Shown here piece after piece: positions 1 to 10,930 of a DNA stretch of 64,000 bases. Position 1 is the stretch's first letter, and every line of letters begins with the position of its first letter. The DNA comes from Alphaproteobacteria bacterium (lineage in GTDB: Bacteria > Pseudomonadota > Alphaproteobacteria > Bin65): the NCBI GenBank assembly GCA_022819985.1, contig JAJEGH010000014.1, positions 8,086-72,085 of the forward strand, read 5' to 3'. The position numbers and the translations under genes were made by a program. Below the pieces are notes generated by a model that was not told the origin of the DNA, searched no databases, and saw only the letters and a list, made by a program, of their open reading frames with translations.

Positions 1-1137
1 GGCGGGGCCTATCGCTGCTATTGCAGCCCTGAGGAGCTGGCCGCGATGCGCGAAGCCGCGCGCAAGCGGGGCGGCGGGCGGCTCTACGACGGCACCTGGC
101 GCGACCGCGATCCGGCCGAGGCGCCGGAGGATGTCGCGCCGGTCGTGCGCCTGAAGGCGCCGCTGGACGGCGAGACCGTCATCGACGACGCCGTCCAGGG
201 CCGGGTGGCGGTGCGCAACGACCAGCTTGACGACATGGTGCTGCTGCGTGCCGACGGCACGCCGACCTACATGCTGTCCGTCGTTGTCGACGACCATGAC
301 ATGGATATCACCCATATCGTGCGCGGCGACGATCACCTGACCAACGCTTTCCGACAGACGCAAATCTACCGCGCGCTGGGCTGGGAGGCGCCGGCCTTCG
401 CCCACATCCCGCTGATCCACGGGCCGGACGGCGCCAAGATGTCGAAGCGGCACGGCGCGCTCGGCATCGAGGCCTATCGCGATATGGGGTTTCCGGCCGA
501 AGCCGTGTGCAACTATCTCGCCCGGCTCGGCTGGAGCCACGGCGACGACGAGATTTTCTCCATGACCGAGGCCGCGGGCTGGTTCGACCTGAAGGATATC
601 GGCCGGTCGCCCGCCCGCTTCGATCTTGCGAAGCTGACCAGCCTCAGCGCGCACTATATCCGCGAAATGGCGGATACCCGCCTCGCCGGCCTGATCGAGC
701 CGCCGCTCGCCGCGCGCCTCGGGGCGCCGCTGACGGCATTGCAGCGGGCGCGGCTGGTCGCCGGCCTGCCCGGCCTGAAGCCACGGGCCAGAACCCTGGT
801 CGACCTCGCCGAGGCCGCGCTGTTCTACTGCCGGCCCCGACCGCTCCAGCCGGACGCGAAGGCAGCGAAACTGCTGGACGGCGCCGGCCGGGAACGGCTC
901 GCCCTCGCCCGCGCGGCGCTTGCCGGAATCGCCGGCTGGTCGGCCGAGAGCGCCGAAACCGCCGTCCGGGCCGCCGCCGAAGCCGCCGGGGAGAAACTCG
1001 GCGCGCTCGCCCAGCCGCTGCGCGCCGCGCTCACCGGCAGCACCGTTTCGCCCGGCATATTCGAGGTGCTCGATGTGCTCGGCAAGGCGGAAAGCCTCGG
1101 CCGGATCGACGATAGTCTCGAGCGGGCAGCCGGCTGA
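1..1137 (+). CDS. gltX: Glutamyl-tRNA synthetase, C-terminal part (5' end lies outside the window)
   Basis: The frame is open from base 1. Class I aaRS catalytic-core motifs are present ([27 protein letters not shown] and the KMSKS-type loop GAKMSKRHG), followed by an anticodon-binding-like C-terminus. Confidence 0.93.
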   Translation, partial: GGAYRCYCSPEELAAMREAARKRGGGRLYDGTWRDRDPAEAPEDVAPVVRLKAPLDGETVIDDAVQGRVAVRNDQLDDMVLLRADGTPTYMLSVVVDDHDMDITHIVRGDDHLTNAFRQTQIYRALGWEAPAFAHIPLIHGPDGAKMSKRHGALGIEAYRDMGFPAEAVCNYLARLGWSHGDDEIFSMTEAAGWFDLKDIGRSPARFDLAKLTSLSAHYIREMADTRLAGLIEPPLAARLGAPLTALQRARLVAGLPGLKPRARTLVDLAEAALFYCRPRPLQPDAKAAKLLDGAGRERLALARAALAGIAGWSAESAETAVRAAAEAAGEKLGALAQPLRAALTGSTVSPGIFEVLDVLGKAESLGRIDDSLERAAG

Positions 1138-1310
1138 GCGCCCCATGCGCCGGGACGGCAGCGCCCCGCCCGAGGTTGCATTTGCCGAAACGGACAGGAC
1201 GGACTATTTTTCCGCACGATGCTGCGCTGCACCACGGCAGGGCCCGCAGAATGCGCCGGCCCCCCTTGCCGCCGCGCCGCGCATAACGGCACTCAGAATT
1301 CGGGAGCACC

Positions 1311-2636
1311 ATGAACGACAAGCCCACGACCGCCGACGCCGCCGCGATCCATACCCTTACCGTGACCGACAACGCCACCGGCGAGACGCTGGACCTGCCC
1401 GTCCGCCAGGGCACGGAGGGGCCGCGGGTTGCCGATATCCGCCGGCTGTACAGCGACCTGGGCATGTTCACCTACGATCCCGGCTTCACCTCCACCGGCA
1501 GCTGCGAATCGAAGATCACCTTTATCGACGGCGAAGAAGGCGTTCTGTTGCACCGCGGCTACGCCATCGAGGAACTGGCTGAGCACAGCGATTTCCTCGA
1601 GGTCTGTTTCCTGCTGCTCTACGGCCATCTGCCGGACAGGGCCGAAAAGGAGGATTTCGAACAGACCATCTCCATGCACACGATGGTCCACGAACAGATG
1701 CGCACCTTCTTCAGCGGCTTCCGCCGCGACGCGCATCCCATGGCGATCATGGTGGGCGTGGTCGGTGCGATGTCCGCCTTCTATCACGACAGCACCGATA
1801 TCGACGATCCGTACCAGCGCATGGTCGCCTCGCACCGGCTGATCGCCAAGATCCCGACCATCGCGGCCATGGCCTACAAATACTCCATCGGCCAACCCTT
1901 CATGTATCCGCGCAACGACCTGCGCTACGCGGAGAACTTCCTGCACATGACCTTCAACGTGCCGTGCGAGGACAAGCGCATCTCGCCGGTGCTGGCGCGC
2001 GCGATGGACCGCATTTTCATCCTGCACGCCGATCACGAGCAGAACGCCTCGACGTCGACGGTGCGCCTGGCCGGATCGTCGGGGGCCAACCCGTTCGCCT
2101 GCATCGCAGCTGGCATTGCCTCGCTGTGGGGCCCGGCCCATGGCGGCGCGAACGAGGCCGTACTGAACATGCTGCGGGAGATCGGCTCCAAAGACCGCGT
2201 TCCGGAATTTCTGAAACGCGCCCGGGACAGGAACGATCCGTTCCGCCTGATGGGCTTCGGGCACCGGGTCTACAAGAACTACGATCCGCGCGCCGCGGTG
2301 CTCAAGCAATCCACCGATTCTGTGCTCGACGAACTGGGCGTGCGCGAGGAGCCGCTACTGGAACTGGCGCTGGAGCTGGAGCGGATCGCCCTGGAGGACG
2401 ACTATTTCCAGGAACGCAAGCTGTTCCCGAACGTCGATTTCTATTCCGGCATCCTGCTCCAGGCGATGGGCTTCCCGACGTCCATGTTCACCGTGCTGTT
2501 CGCGCTGGCCCGCACGGTCGGCTGGATCGCCCAGTGGAAGGAGATGATCGAGGATCCGGTCCAGAAGATCGGCCGCCCGCGCCAGCTCTACACCGGCGAA
2601 GCCCGCCGCCCCTTCGTGCCGCTGGAGGAGCGCTAG
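1311..2636 (+). CDS. gltA: Citrate synthase (type II)
   Basis: 441 aa. Typical citrate synthase blocks are present ([48 protein letters not shown]). GGAG-like sequence lies upstream of the ATG. Confidence 0.95.
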   Translation: MNDKPTTADAAAIHTLTVTDNATGETLDLPVRQGTEGPRVADIRRLYSDLGMFTYDPGFTSTGSCESKITFIDGEEGVLLHRGYAIEELAEHSDFLEVCFLLLYGHLPDRAEKEDFEQTISMHTMVHEQMRTFFSGFRRDAHPMAIMVGVVGAMSAFYHDSTDIDDPYQRMVASHRLIAKIPTIAAMAYKYSIGQPFMYPRNDLRYAENFLHMTFNVPCEDKRISPVLARAMDRIFILHADHEQNASTSTVRLAGSSGANPFACIAAGIASLWGPAHGGANEAVLNMLREIGSKDRVPEFLKRARDRNDPFRLMGFGHRVYKNYDPRAAVLKQSTDSVLDELGVREEPLLELALELERIALEDDYFQERKLFPNVDFYSGILLQAMGFPTSMFTVLFALARTVGWIAQWKEMIEDPVQKIGRPRQLYTGEARRPFVPLEER

Positions 2637-2813
2637 GCCGCGAGGCGGCGCCGGACTGAATCCGCACCGTTCCAGCCCCTCCCCGCACGGATCGCGCGTG
2701 ACATAGCGATACTGCCGAACGGCTACCCGCCGCGAAGGTAGTTTGTTGCCAATGGTCCGATGGCGTATAGGATCGTTCCCAAGCTTTGTCGGCCGGGGGA
2801 TGGGTACAGCAAG

Positions 2814-4616
2814 ATGAAGCGGCGGAACCTGATCGATGTCGCGCTGGGCGTCGAACCGCCCGATCTGGTCGTCAGATCGGCGATGCTGGTTAACGTGATC
2901 AGCCGCGAATTGCATCCCGCAGACATTCTGGTCAAAGGCAGCCGGATCGCGGCGGTTCTCGAAGCCGGCGGCGCCTATGGCCGGGACGTCCATGTCATCG
3001 AGGCCGAGGGCCGGTTCGCGGCGCCGGGCTTCATCGATCCGCACGTCCATCTCGAAAGTTCCATGATCACCGTGGCGGAATACGCGCGCGCCGTGATTCC
3101 GCGCGGCACCACGATGGTCGCGGCGGATCCCCACGAAATCGGCAATGTGCTGGGGCTTCCCGGCATGAAAGCCCTCTTCGATGAAGCCGGCACGGTCCCT
3201 CTGCGGGTCAGGTTGCGGGTGCCTGGACGGATTCCTGCGGTGCCGGCGTGGATGGAGACATCCAACGGTGAACTGAGCGTCGCTGACACCCGCGCCATGT
3301 TCGAATGGCCGGAGGCCCTTTGCCTCGCCGGCGACATCAACCCGAACCTGGTCCTCCGGCAGGATCGGGAACAGCTCGACAAATTCGAACTGGCCGACGA
3401 ACTGGGCGTGACGATCTCCGGCCAGTCGCCGGGTTTGAGCGGACGGGCGTTATCCGCCTTTGTCGCGGCCGGCCCCGAAGATTCCCATGTCGCAAGCTCG
3501 GTCGACGAAATCGTGGAAAACACCCGGGTGGGGATGCGAACGGTGCTGGCGTTGCGCCCGTCCCGGAGGCTTGAAGCGGCCCACATGGCGGAACTGGCCC
3601 GGCGTGTCGCCGAGGACAGGCTGGACACCAGGCTCTTTCAGGTCTGCACGGACGACATCCATGCCCACGATCTTCTCCATGAAGGCCACCTCGACCATCG
3701 CCTGCGCGCCCTGATCGAAGCGGGTTTCGATCCGGTCGAGGTTTTTCAATTCGCCACCTTCAACGCTGCCCAGGGTCTTCGCGTCGACCGCGACTACGGC
3801 AGTCTCGGCCCGGGCAAAATGGCCGACATCGTTCTGCTCGACGATCTCCGGGCCGTAACGGTCTCGACCACAATCATCGCGGGCAAGATCGTCTATGCGG
3901 ACGGAGAATACCGCGGACCCGGCCAGAGCATGAGCTATCCCGACTGGACAAAATCGACGATCCGCTACGCTGAACCTCTGACAGCAGCCGATCTTTCGCT
4001 GCGACCGCCGAACAATACCCACACCGCCACGGTGCGTTGCATCGAGGCGCCGGCCGGCAGGGGGAAAAAGACGGCGAAGGAAATCGAACTTCCGGTCCGG
4101 GACGGAGTTATCGTTCCCGCACCCGAACGCGGCATCAACGCGCTCGCCGTTGTCGAGCGGCACAAGGCAAGCGGCGAAATCGGGCGCGGGTTCGCGAGCA
4201 GCCTCAAGCTCCGGCGCGGCGCCATTGCCTGTTCGGTCAATCACGATGCGCATAACGTGATGCTTCTGGGCGCGAACCACAGCGATATGGCGCTGGCCGG
4301 CAACCGTCTCGCGGAAATCGGCGGCGGGTACGTCCTGGCATGCGACGGCGAAATCGTTGCCGAACTTGCGCTGCCCGTTGCCGGGCTCATGTCTGAAGCC
4401 GGCATTGAGGAGGTGGCTTCGGACCTCAGATCGCTCGAGGACGCATTGAACGGCGTCCTCGGTGCGGATTTGAGCGACAAGGCGCTGATCAATATGAATT
4501 TCCTCTCGTTGCCGAACATTCCGGACTACGGCTTCACCAACAAGGGGCTCGTCGCTTCGGACAAACGCATGCAACTTGTGGAGACCGTAATCGAAGAAGG
4601 AGGGAGAGTGATATGA
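2814..4616 (+). CDS. Adenine deaminase-like amidohydrolase
   Basis: Metal-binding amidohydrolase signature GFIDPHVHLESSM, then AADPHEIGNV. Length is about 600 aa, as in adenine deaminases. The ORF opens at 2760; the start at 2814 (MKRRNLIDV) is preferred but not certain. Confidence 0.78.
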   Translation: MKRRNLIDVALGVEPPDLVVRSAMLVNVISRELHPADILVKGSRIAAVLEAGGAYGRDVHVIEAEGRFAAPGFIDPHVHLESSMITVAEYARAVIPRGTTMVAADPHEIGNVLGLPGMKALFDEAGTVPLRVRLRVPGRIPAVPAWMETSNGELSVADTRAMFEWPEALCLAGDINPNLVLRQDREQLDKFELADELGVTISGQSPGLSGRALSAFVAAGPEDSHVASSVDEIVENTRVGMRTVLALRPSRRLEAAHMAELARRVAEDRLDTRLFQVCTDDIHAHDLLHEGHLDHRLRALIEAGFDPVEVFQFATFNAAQGLRVDRDYGSLGPGKMADIVLLDDLRAVTVSTTIIAGKIVYADGEYRGPGQSMSYPDWTKSTIRYAEPLTAADLSLRPPNNTHTATVRCIEAPAGRGKKTAKEIELPVRDGVIVPAPERGINALAVVERHKASGEIGRGFASSLKLRRGAIACSVNHDAHNVMLLGANHSDMALAGNRLAEIGGGYVLACDGEIVAELALPVAGLMSEAGIEEVASDLRSLEDALNGVLGADLSDKALINMNFLSLPNIPDYGFTNKGLVASDKRMQLVETVIEEGGRVI

Positions 4617-5599
4617 AACCGAAGAAATTCTGGAAACTGGGCCTCGCTGCTGTCGCGATGACGGCTTCGGCGGCGTCTTCGTCGTTCGGGGCGGACAACG
4701 TCAAGGTGATGTTCGACTGGATTCCCGGCGGCTGGCACGCCGCCTGGTACGCGGGCAAGGTGAACGGCTGTTTCGGCGACCGGAACCTGAGCGTTTCGCT
4801 GCAGCGCGGTTCGGGGGGCGTCGATACCGTGGCGAAGGTGGCCTCCGGGCTCGCAGACGTCGGGATGGCCGATCTCGGAACGGTGATGATCGGCGCGCAC
4901 AAGAACAAGGCCGGCGTGAAAGCGATTTTCCCCGTCTACATGGATAACCCGTTCGGGATCCTGTCGCTGAAATCCACCAAGATCGCCTCGCTGAAGGATC
5001 TGGAAGGATTGAAGCTGGCGGCCGGTCCGGGCGATTCCAACATCCAGATGCTGCCCTATGCGATGCAGCTCGCCGGAGCGGACTTCAAAAAGGTGAAGGC
5101 CGAGCGGGCGGATTTCTCCGCATTGCTCGGATTGCTTCTGCGGGAGAAGGTCGAGGCGTTCACAACGTTCCTGACAACCGCGCAAATTCTGAAGGCCGTT
5201 TCCAAGAACGCCGGCAAGGAAGTCGCGTTTTACCACTACGGCAGGGATTTGAAGATCTACGGCTCGGTCATCTTCGCGACCGACAAGTTCCTCAAGGAGC
5301 GTCCGGGGGTGGCGAAGCGGCTGATGGCCGGCATGAAATGCGCCTACGAAACGGCCCGGGCCAATCCCGATGCAGCGGCGGACGCACTGCTCGCCGCGTT
5401 CCCGTCGAAGAAGAGAGGCGCCGAACTGGCCAGCATCAGAGGCGGGATCATCCTGACCTTCGGAGCCGAAACCTACAAGAAGCACGGCTTCGACTGGGAT
5501 ATGGACCGGGTCGCCAGGACCTTTCAGCTGGCGCTGACCGCACAGGGAGAAAAGGTGGAAGGCGCAGCGGGCGCCGCCTATGTGCACATGTTCAAGTGA
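4613..5599 (+). CDS. ABC transporter periplasmic substrate-binding protein (NMT1/THI5-like, NitT/TauT family)
   Basis: N-terminal signal peptide (MKPKKFWKLGLAAVAMTASAASSSFGA). ATGA overlap with the preceding stop. Followed by a matching ATPase and permease. Confidence 0.75.
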   Translation: MKPKKFWKLGLAAVAMTASAASSSFGADNVKVMFDWIPGGWHAAWYAGKVNGCFGDRNLSVSLQRGSGGVDTVAKVASGLADVGMADLGTVMIGAHKNKAGVKAIFPVYMDNPFGILSLKSTKIASLKDLEGLKLAAGPGDSNIQMLPYAMQLAGADFKKVKAERADFSALLGLLLREKVEAFTTFLTTAQILKAVSKNAGKEVAFYHYGRDLKIYGSVIFATDKFLKERPGVAKRLMAGMKCAYETARANPDAAADALLAAFPSKKRGAELASIRGGIILTFGAETYKKHGFDWDMDRVARTFQLALTAQGEKVEGAAGAAYVHMFK

Positions 5600-5633
5600 A
5601 CTGCATAACCTTCGGCGCCTTCGGATACACGGG

Positions 5634-6428
5634 ATGACGGCGGACGGAGACAGGACGCACGTCGTCATATCCGAAGTCGCCAAAGAATTCGAAACGGGGG
5701 CCACGGAACCTTTCGTGGCCCTCGACGATATCGACCTGACAATCGATCGGGGAGAATTCGTGCTCCTTCTGGGGCCGTCGGGCTGCGGCAAGTCGACTCT
5801 TTTGCGTCTGATTGCCGGCCTCGATACGCCGACGAGGGGCGATATCCGCGTCAGCGGCGACCGGATCACCACCGGGTTCGACCGCATCGGCATGGTCTTC
5901 CAGCAACCCACGCTCCTGCCGTGGCTGTCGATTCTCGAAAATGTCGTTTACCCGGCGCGGGTGCGATCCCGTCGACTGGCACAGGAAAAGCGGGGCGAGG
6001 CCCTGCGCCTGCTCGAAATGGTCGGGCTCTCGCGGGTCGCGGACCAGCCGCCGAGCAGCCTGTCGGGCGGCATGCAGCAGCGCGCCGCAATCTGCCGCTC
6101 CCTGATCCTGGACCCCGAACTCCTGGTCATGGACGAACCGTTCAGCGCGCTCGACGCCATGACGCGCGAAGAGCTGCAGTTCGAGTTGCTCCGCATCCAT
6201 GCCGACAGCGGCAAGACGATCGTCTTCGTGACACACTCCATTCCGGAAGCCGTCCTTATGTCGTCGAAGATTGTCGTGATGGCGACGTCGCCGGGAAGGA
6301 TCGCCGAGACGCTCGAAACCGGCATGCCGTACCCGCGCACGCTCGACAGCTTACGGCTCGACAGAGCCCGACAGCTGGATATCAGAATTCGCGAACTGAT
6401 TTACGGACAGGACCGGGGACAGCAATGA
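5634..6428 (+). CDS. ABC transporter ATP-binding protein (NitT/TauT family)
   Basis: Walker A GPSGCGKST, signature LSGGMQQR, Walker B LLVMDEPFSALD. The ORF opens at 5580; the start at 5634 avoids overlap with the binding-protein gene. Confidence 0.86.
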   Translation: MTADGDRTHVVISEVAKEFETGATEPFVALDDIDLTIDRGEFVLLLGPSGCGKSTLLRLIAGLDTPTRGDIRVSGDRITTGFDRIGMVFQQPTLLPWLSILENVVYPARVRSRRLAQEKRGEALRLLEMVGLSRVADQPPSSLSGGMQQRAAICRSLILDPELLVMDEPFSALDAMTREELQFELLRIHADSGKTIVFVTHSIPEAVLMSSKIVVMATSPGRIAETLETGMPYPRTLDSLRLDRARQLDIRIRELIYGQDRGQQ

Positions 6429-7186
6429 AGCTTCGGTTGATCCTGCTGCCGACAGCCAGCCTTGCGGCAATGCTGGCGATCTGGGAATTGGCGGTCTTCG
6501 GCCTCGACATTCCCGCCTATCTTCTGCCTGCGCCGAGCCGTGTTTGGTCGGCGGCGGTCGATATCGCCGCGGTGCTGCCGCGCCACATCGTTGCAACCTT
6601 GCTCACCGTGTTGTCGGGCTTTGCGCTTTCCACGGCCATATCGATACCCTTGGGTGTCGGCCTCTCGGTCAACAAAACGGTCTCTGAAGCGCTTTACCCG
6701 CTTCTGGTCTTTGCCAATGCCGTTCCGGTGATCGCCGTCGCGCCGATCATCGTGGTCATGTTCGGAACCGGTCTGGAATCGCGCCTGGTGATCACCCTGA
6801 TGGTCTGTTTTTTCCCCATCATGGTCGCCACCGCGACCGGAATTCTCGATACGCCGCGGGAGTATCTCGACCTTAGCAAATCGACCGGCGCGTCGTTCGG
6901 AATGGAACTCCTCACCATCCGCATGCCGCATGCTGCGCCCTTTATTTTCAGCGGGCTCAAGATCGGAATTACCTTGTCTGTGATCGGCGCCGTTGTCGGA
7001 GAGTTCATAACCTCGCAAAAAGGTCTCGGCTTTCTGATCGTGTCCGCTACGACAAATTTCGACCTGGCCCAGGCAATCGCCTCGGTTGTGGCCTTAGCGC
7101 TGATGAGCGTCGTGCTCTACCAGATCGTTCAACAGGTGCAGAAATTCTGGCTGCCCTGGTCGATCAAGGCCGAATCCATGACCTGA
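6425..7186 (+). CDS. ABC transporter permease (NitT/TauT family)
   Basis: ATGA start/stop overlap with the ATPase gene. Multi-span hydrophobic protein (MKLRLILLPTASLAAMLAIWELAV...). The upstream part of the 421-aa track ORF overlaps the ATPase gene and is rejected. Confidence 0.85.
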   Translation: MKLRLILLPTASLAAMLAIWELAVFGLDIPAYLLPAPSRVWSAAVDIAAVLPRHIVATLLTVLSGFALSTAISIPLGVGLSVNKTVSEALYPLLVFANAVPVIAVAPIIVVMFGTGLESRLVITLMVCFFPIMVATATGILDTPREYLDLSKSTGASFGMELLTIRMPHAAPFIFSGLKIGITLSVIGAVVGEFITSQKGLGFLIVSATTNFDLAQAIASVVALALMSVVLYQIVQQVQKFWLPWSIKAESMT

Positions 7187-7217
7187 CCGGACAAGCCGGG
7201 TACGCCCGTCGCTGGCG

Positions 7218-7622
7218 CTACTTTTCGATCAGTTCGACCTTGTAGCCGTCCGGATCCTCGATGAAGGCGATGACGGTCGTGCTGTGCTTCATCGGGCCCG
7301 GCGGGCGTGGGATGGCGACGCCGGCGGCTTCCAGCTTTGCACAGGTGCCGTAGATGTCCGGCACGCCCAGCGCGATATGGCCGTAGCCGGAACCGAGATC
7401 GTAGGGTTCTTCCTGGTCCCAGTTATGGGTCAGTTCCAGCACGGTATTGCTGGCCTCGTCGCCGTAACCGACGAAGGCGAGCGTGAAGCGACCGCCGGGA
7501 AAGTCCCGCTTGCGCAACAGGGTCATGCCCAGATGGCCGGTGTAGAAGGCGATCGACTCTTCCAGGTCGCGGACCCGCAACATGGTGTGCAGCATCCGGA
7601 AGGCGGGTTTCTCGTCGCTCAT
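7218..7622 (-). CDS. gloA: Lactoylglutathione lyase (glyoxalase I)
   Basis: 134 aa. Shows the HTMLRVRDLEESIAFY...ELTHNW...GYGHIALGV...FIEDPDGYKVELIE pattern typical of GloA. Its start overlaps the lpxB stop (ATGA). Confidence 0.9.
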   Translation of the reverse strand: MSDEKPAFRMLHTMLRVRDLEESIAFYTGHLGMTLLRKRDFPGGRFTLAFVGYGDEASNTVLELTHNWDQEEPYDLGSGYGHIALGVPDIYGTCAKLEAAGVAIPRPPGPMKHSTTVIAFIEDPDGYKVELIEK

Positions 7623-8818
7623 CGCTGGGCCCTTTCCCGAATGATCCGGAGAACGGTTTCGGCGGCAATCGCGCTCGGCTTGCGGCCGGGGACCGACAGC
7701 GTTCGCGCCACCGCACGAATACGCGCTGCCTGGGCGCGGCGCAACGCCGGATCGCGCAGCAGCGGCGCCAGGGCGTCGGCGAGAATTTCCGGCCGGCACC
7801 GCTCCAGAATGCACTCCGGCATGATCTCCTCGCCGGCCGCGAAATTGACCGCGGAAGCATAGGGCGAGTTCACGAGAAATCGCGCGAGCCGCCCTTCGAG
7901 CCGGGGCAGCTTGTAGGTCACGACCGCCGGCGTACCGGCGAAGGCCAGTTCGACCGTAACGGTGCCGGAGGCGGCGAGCGCCGCATCGGCCGCGGCGAAG
8001 GCGAGATATCTGGTCGCATCGGCGGGCAACGCAACCAGCGGCGCCGGCCAGTCCGCCGTCAGGGCAGACGCCAGGTCGCGGATCGAAGCCACGGTGGGCA
8101 TCAGGCAGACCGGCGCCAGGCCGACACTTTTCAGGCGCTGGATCGTCGCGCGGTACACGGGCAATAGCCGTCGCACTTCCTTGCGGCGGCTGCCGGGCAG
8201 CATGCAGAGCAGCGGGCTTGCGCCCTCGCCGGCATGGCGGTTGCGAAACCCGGCCACGTCCGCCGGGTCCGGCAGATCGGGCTCGGCTGCCGGGTGGCCG
8301 ACAAAGGTCACCGGCAGGCCGTGCGGCTCGAACCACGGCGCCTCGAAAGGAAAGATCGACAGCAGATGCGTCAGCCGCCCGGCGATGACCTTCGCCCGTC
8401 CGGGGCGCCATGCCCATACCGTCGGCGCCACATAGTGCACCAGCGTCTCGCCGCGCCGGGCCAGCCGCCGGCCCATATGGCCCGACAGGGCCTGGGCGTC
8501 GATCGTGACCACGCAATCGGGCCGGCGCCGGGCGATGTCGCGCTCAAGCTGCTTCATGCGCGCCAGGATGGTGCGCAACCGCGGCAGATAGTCGAGGCCC
8601 ATCACCGAAAACAGGTCGATGGAGAACAGGCTCTCCAGGCCGGCTTCCGCCATAGCCGGCCCACCGATGCCGCCGAAATCGACCTCATCTCCGGTCTGCC
8701 GCTTCAGCGCGCGGATCAGGTGCCCGCCGATCTGGTCGCCGGAAGGTTCGCCTACGATGAAATAGACGAGCGGCCGGCCGGCGCCGGGCCGGACCGGGTC
8801 ATGCGATGCGTTCGGCAT
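7619..8818 (-). CDS. lpxB: Lipid-A-disaccharide synthase
   Basis: N-terminus VYFIVGEPSGDQIGGHLIRAL is typical of LpxB. About 399 aa counted from the ATG at 8818. Sits downstream of lpxA-lpxI. Confidence 0.9.
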   Translation of the reverse strand: MPNASHDPVRPGAGRPLVYFIVGEPSGDQIGGHLIRALKRQTGDEVDFGGIGGPAMAEAGLESLFSIDLFSVMGLDYLPRLRTILARMKQLERDIARRRPDCVVTIDAQALSGHMGRRLARRGETLVHYVAPTVWAWRPGRAKVIAGRLTHLLSIFPFEAPWFEPHGLPVTFVGHPAAEPDLPDPADVAGFRNRHAGEGASPLLCMLPGSRRKEVRRLLPVYRATIQRLKSVGLAPVCLMPTVASIRDLASALTADWPAPLVALPADATRYLAFAAADAALAASGTVTVELAFAGTPAVVTYKLPRLEGRLARFLVNSPYASAVNFAAGEEIMPECILERCRPEILADALAPLLRDPALRRAQAARIRAVARTLSVPGRKPSAIAAETVLRIIRERAQR

Positions 8819-9659
8819 CCGTTTCGCCGCCGTCCGGGGCCAGCCCGACCAGGAACATCCCGGCCTTGTCCGCAGCCGCGACGACGGCATCCCGGTTGAC
8901 CAGAATCGTCCCGCCCGCTTCGACGGCAATGCCGCGCAGACCGGCCGCCGCTGCGTTTTCCACCGTCGCCGCGCCAACCGTCGGCAGGTCGATGCGCCGG
9001 TCCTGCCGGGACTTCCGGGTCTTGACCAGCACACCGCCCGGACCGGCGCGCCGGAGTCCGGCGCAGCGTTCGAGCAGGGCGTCGGTGCCCTCGATCGCTT
9101 CAACGCCCAGCACCAGCGACTGCTGCACGACCACCGCCTGGCCGACATCCAGATCGCCCAGCGACCGCGCGATCTCCAGCCCGCGCGCAATATCGCGCTG
9201 CGCCTGCTCGTCCGGCCCCGTGCGGCTGAGCGTTCCGGCAGGCGCCAGCAGCCCGGCGACGATGTCCTGGATGCCGACGACACGGAAACCAAAACACTCC
9301 AGTTCCGCCGCAACCGCCCGCAGCAGCCCGTCGTCGCCCAGCGACTTCATGGCGAACCGCGCGACGAAGGCCGCCGCCTTGGCGTCCGGCCGGATCTGCC
9401 GCAGGGCCGGCCGGCGAACCCGGCCGACCAGCACGACATCTCCGACGCCTTCTTCCCGCGCCCGTTTTACGAAACGCCCCGCAGCACCGATCCGGATGAC
9501 CTCGTGCCGCGCCGCAAAAACGGCGGGGTGATCGGCATGGCCTTCCAGCGCAAACACGAAATAGGGGCGGCCCACGCGTTCGCAGGCTTCAATGGCCAGC
9601 GCGGGGATTTCGCCGCCGCCGGCGACGATGGCGAGTGCCCCGGCCGCCGGTTCAGCCAC
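8799..9659 (-). CDS. lpxI: UDP-2,3-diacylglucosamine pyrophosphatase LpxI (DUF1009 family)
   Basis: Lies between lpxA and lpxB, as in alphaproteobacteria. Sequence LAIVAGGGEIP...DLDVGQAVVV...VEAIEGTDALL...VLVKTRKSRQDRRIDLPTVG. GTG at 9659 gives an 8-nt overlap with lpxA; the ORF maximum is 9701. Confidence 0.8.
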   Translation of the reverse strand: MAEPAAGALAIVAGGGEIPALAIEACERVGRPYFVFALEGHADHPAVFAARHEVIRIGAAGRFVKRAREEGVGDVVLVGRVRRPALRQIRPDAKAAAFVARFAMKSLGDDGLLRAVAAELECFGFRVVGIQDIVAGLLAPAGTLSRTGPDEQAQRDIARGLEIARSLGDLDVGQAVVVQQSLVLGVEAIEGTDALLERCAGLRRAGPGGVLVKTRKSRQDRRIDLPTVGAATVENAAAAGLRGIAVEAGGTILVNRDAVVAAADKAGMFLVGLAPDGGETDAERIA

Positions 9660-10449
9660 TTGTAGCCGGTGGCTGGCAGATCGGCCGGGTCGGATCCGCA
9701 CGGATGAAGTCGACGATTTCCCGTACCGCCGTGCTGCCGTTGAACATCTCGGCCACGTCGTTGGTGCGTTCGGTCAGCGTGCCTTCGGCCGCGAACAGCA
9801 ACCTGTAGGCGCGGCGCAACTCGTGGATCTGGCCGCGCGTATAGCCGCGGCGGCGCAGGCCGATCAGGTTCAGGCCCGAAAGCCCCTCGCGCACGCCGAT
9901 CACCAGACCATAGGGGATGATGTCGGCTTCCGAGGCCGACATCCCGCCCATCATGGCATGCCGGCCGACCCTGGCGAATTGCTGGATCGCCGAATTGCCG
10001 CCGAGGATCGCATAGTCGCCGATGGTGACGTGACCGCCCATAACGGCGTTATTCGCCATGATTACGCTGTTGCCGATGGTGCAGTCGTGCGCGACATGGG
10101 TGTTGACCATGAAGAGACAACTATCGCCCACCGTCGTCACGCCGCGGCCCTTGACCGTCCCGGTATGCAGGGTCGCATGTTCGCGGATGACGTTTTTCCT
10201 GCCGATGACCAGCCGGGTCGGTTCACCCCCGTAGGACAGATCCTGCGGCGGCAGTCCCACGCAGGCATGGGGGTAGATCACCGTGCCCTCGCCGACGCTG
10301 GTGTGCCCCTCGACGACGGCATGCTGCTTTACCGTGCAATGGTCTGCAAGCTCAACATGCGCACCGATCGTGGCATAGGGGCCGACGCGGACGGTGTCGG
10401 CCAGCGCGGCGGACCGGTCGACGATAGCTGTCGGATGAATATCGGGCAT
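9652..10449 (-). CDS. lpxA: Acyl-ACP--UDP-N-acetylglucosamine O-acyltransferase
   Basis: 265 aa. Starts MPDIHPTAIVD, followed by hexapeptide-repeat left-handed beta-helix sequence and a C-terminal helical domain. Confidence 0.93.
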   Translation of the reverse strand: MPDIHPTAIVDRSAALADTVRVGPYATIGAHVELADHCTVKQHAVVEGHTSVGEGTVIYPHACVGLPPQDLSYGGEPTRLVIGRKNVIREHATLHTGTVKGRGVTTVGDSCLFMVNTHVAHDCTIGNSVIMANNAVMGGHVTIGDYAILGGNSAIQQFARVGRHAMMGGMSASEADIIPYGLVIGVREGLSGLNLIGLRRRGYTRGQIHELRRAYRLLFAAEGTLTERTNDVAEMFNGSTAVREIVDFIRADPTRPICQPPATSG

Positions 10450-10462
10450 GGTGCGCCGCCGT

Positions 10463-10930
10463 TCAGCTCACTTCATCGACGATCATGGCGGTGTAGGTCG
10501 CTTCCGCAACCGTCTCGCCGTCAATCTTGCACACGCCGTCGAACTTCCAGACCAGTCGCCGGGCATGGCGCTTCTGCACATGGATGTGCATCCGGTCGCC
10601 GGGGCGGACCGGCCTGCGGAAGCGTGCGCCTTCGATCGACATGAAATAGACCAGCTTGCCCTCCATTTCCCGGCCGAGCGTTTCGATGACCAGGATTCCG
10701 GCGGTCTGCGCCATCGCCTCGATCATCAACACGCCGGGCATCACCGGCGCGCCCGGGAAATGGCCTTGGAAATAGGGTTCGTTGATCGACACATTCTTGA
10801 TCCCGACAGCGCTTTCGCCGCGCACCACATCCTCCATCCGGTCCACCATCAGGAACGGATAGCGGTGCGGCAGCACCTCCAGGATGCGCTGTATGTCCAG
10901 AACAGAGGGAAGCGTTTCGTCGGACACCAT
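10463..10930 (-). CDS. fabZ: 3-hydroxyacyl-ACP dehydratase
   Basis: 155 aa. Contains LPHRYPFLMVD and INEPYFQGHFPGAPVMPGVLMIEAMAQ (hot-dog fold catalytic region). Confidence 0.95.
   Translation of the reverse strand: MVSDETLPSVLDIQRILEVLPHRYPFLMVDRMEDVVRGESAVGIKNVSINEPYFQGHFPGAPVMPGVLMIEAMAQTAGILVIETLGREMEGKLVYFMSIEGARFRRPVRPGDRMHIHVQKRHARRLVWKFDGVCKIDGETVAEATYTAMIVDEVS

Noticed and set aside
5580-5633. N-terminal extensions offered by the ORF track for many genes (e.g. 5580 for the ATPase, 5921 for the permease, 9313 for lpxB, 17441 for dxr, 41653 for the corrinoid protein, 44789 for the hydrolase, 59920 for the binding protein).
   Set aside because: The extensions overlap the preceding genes, are Arg/Pro/Gly-rich, and precede canonical family N-termini. 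I chose internal starts with RBS or start/stop-overlap support instead.
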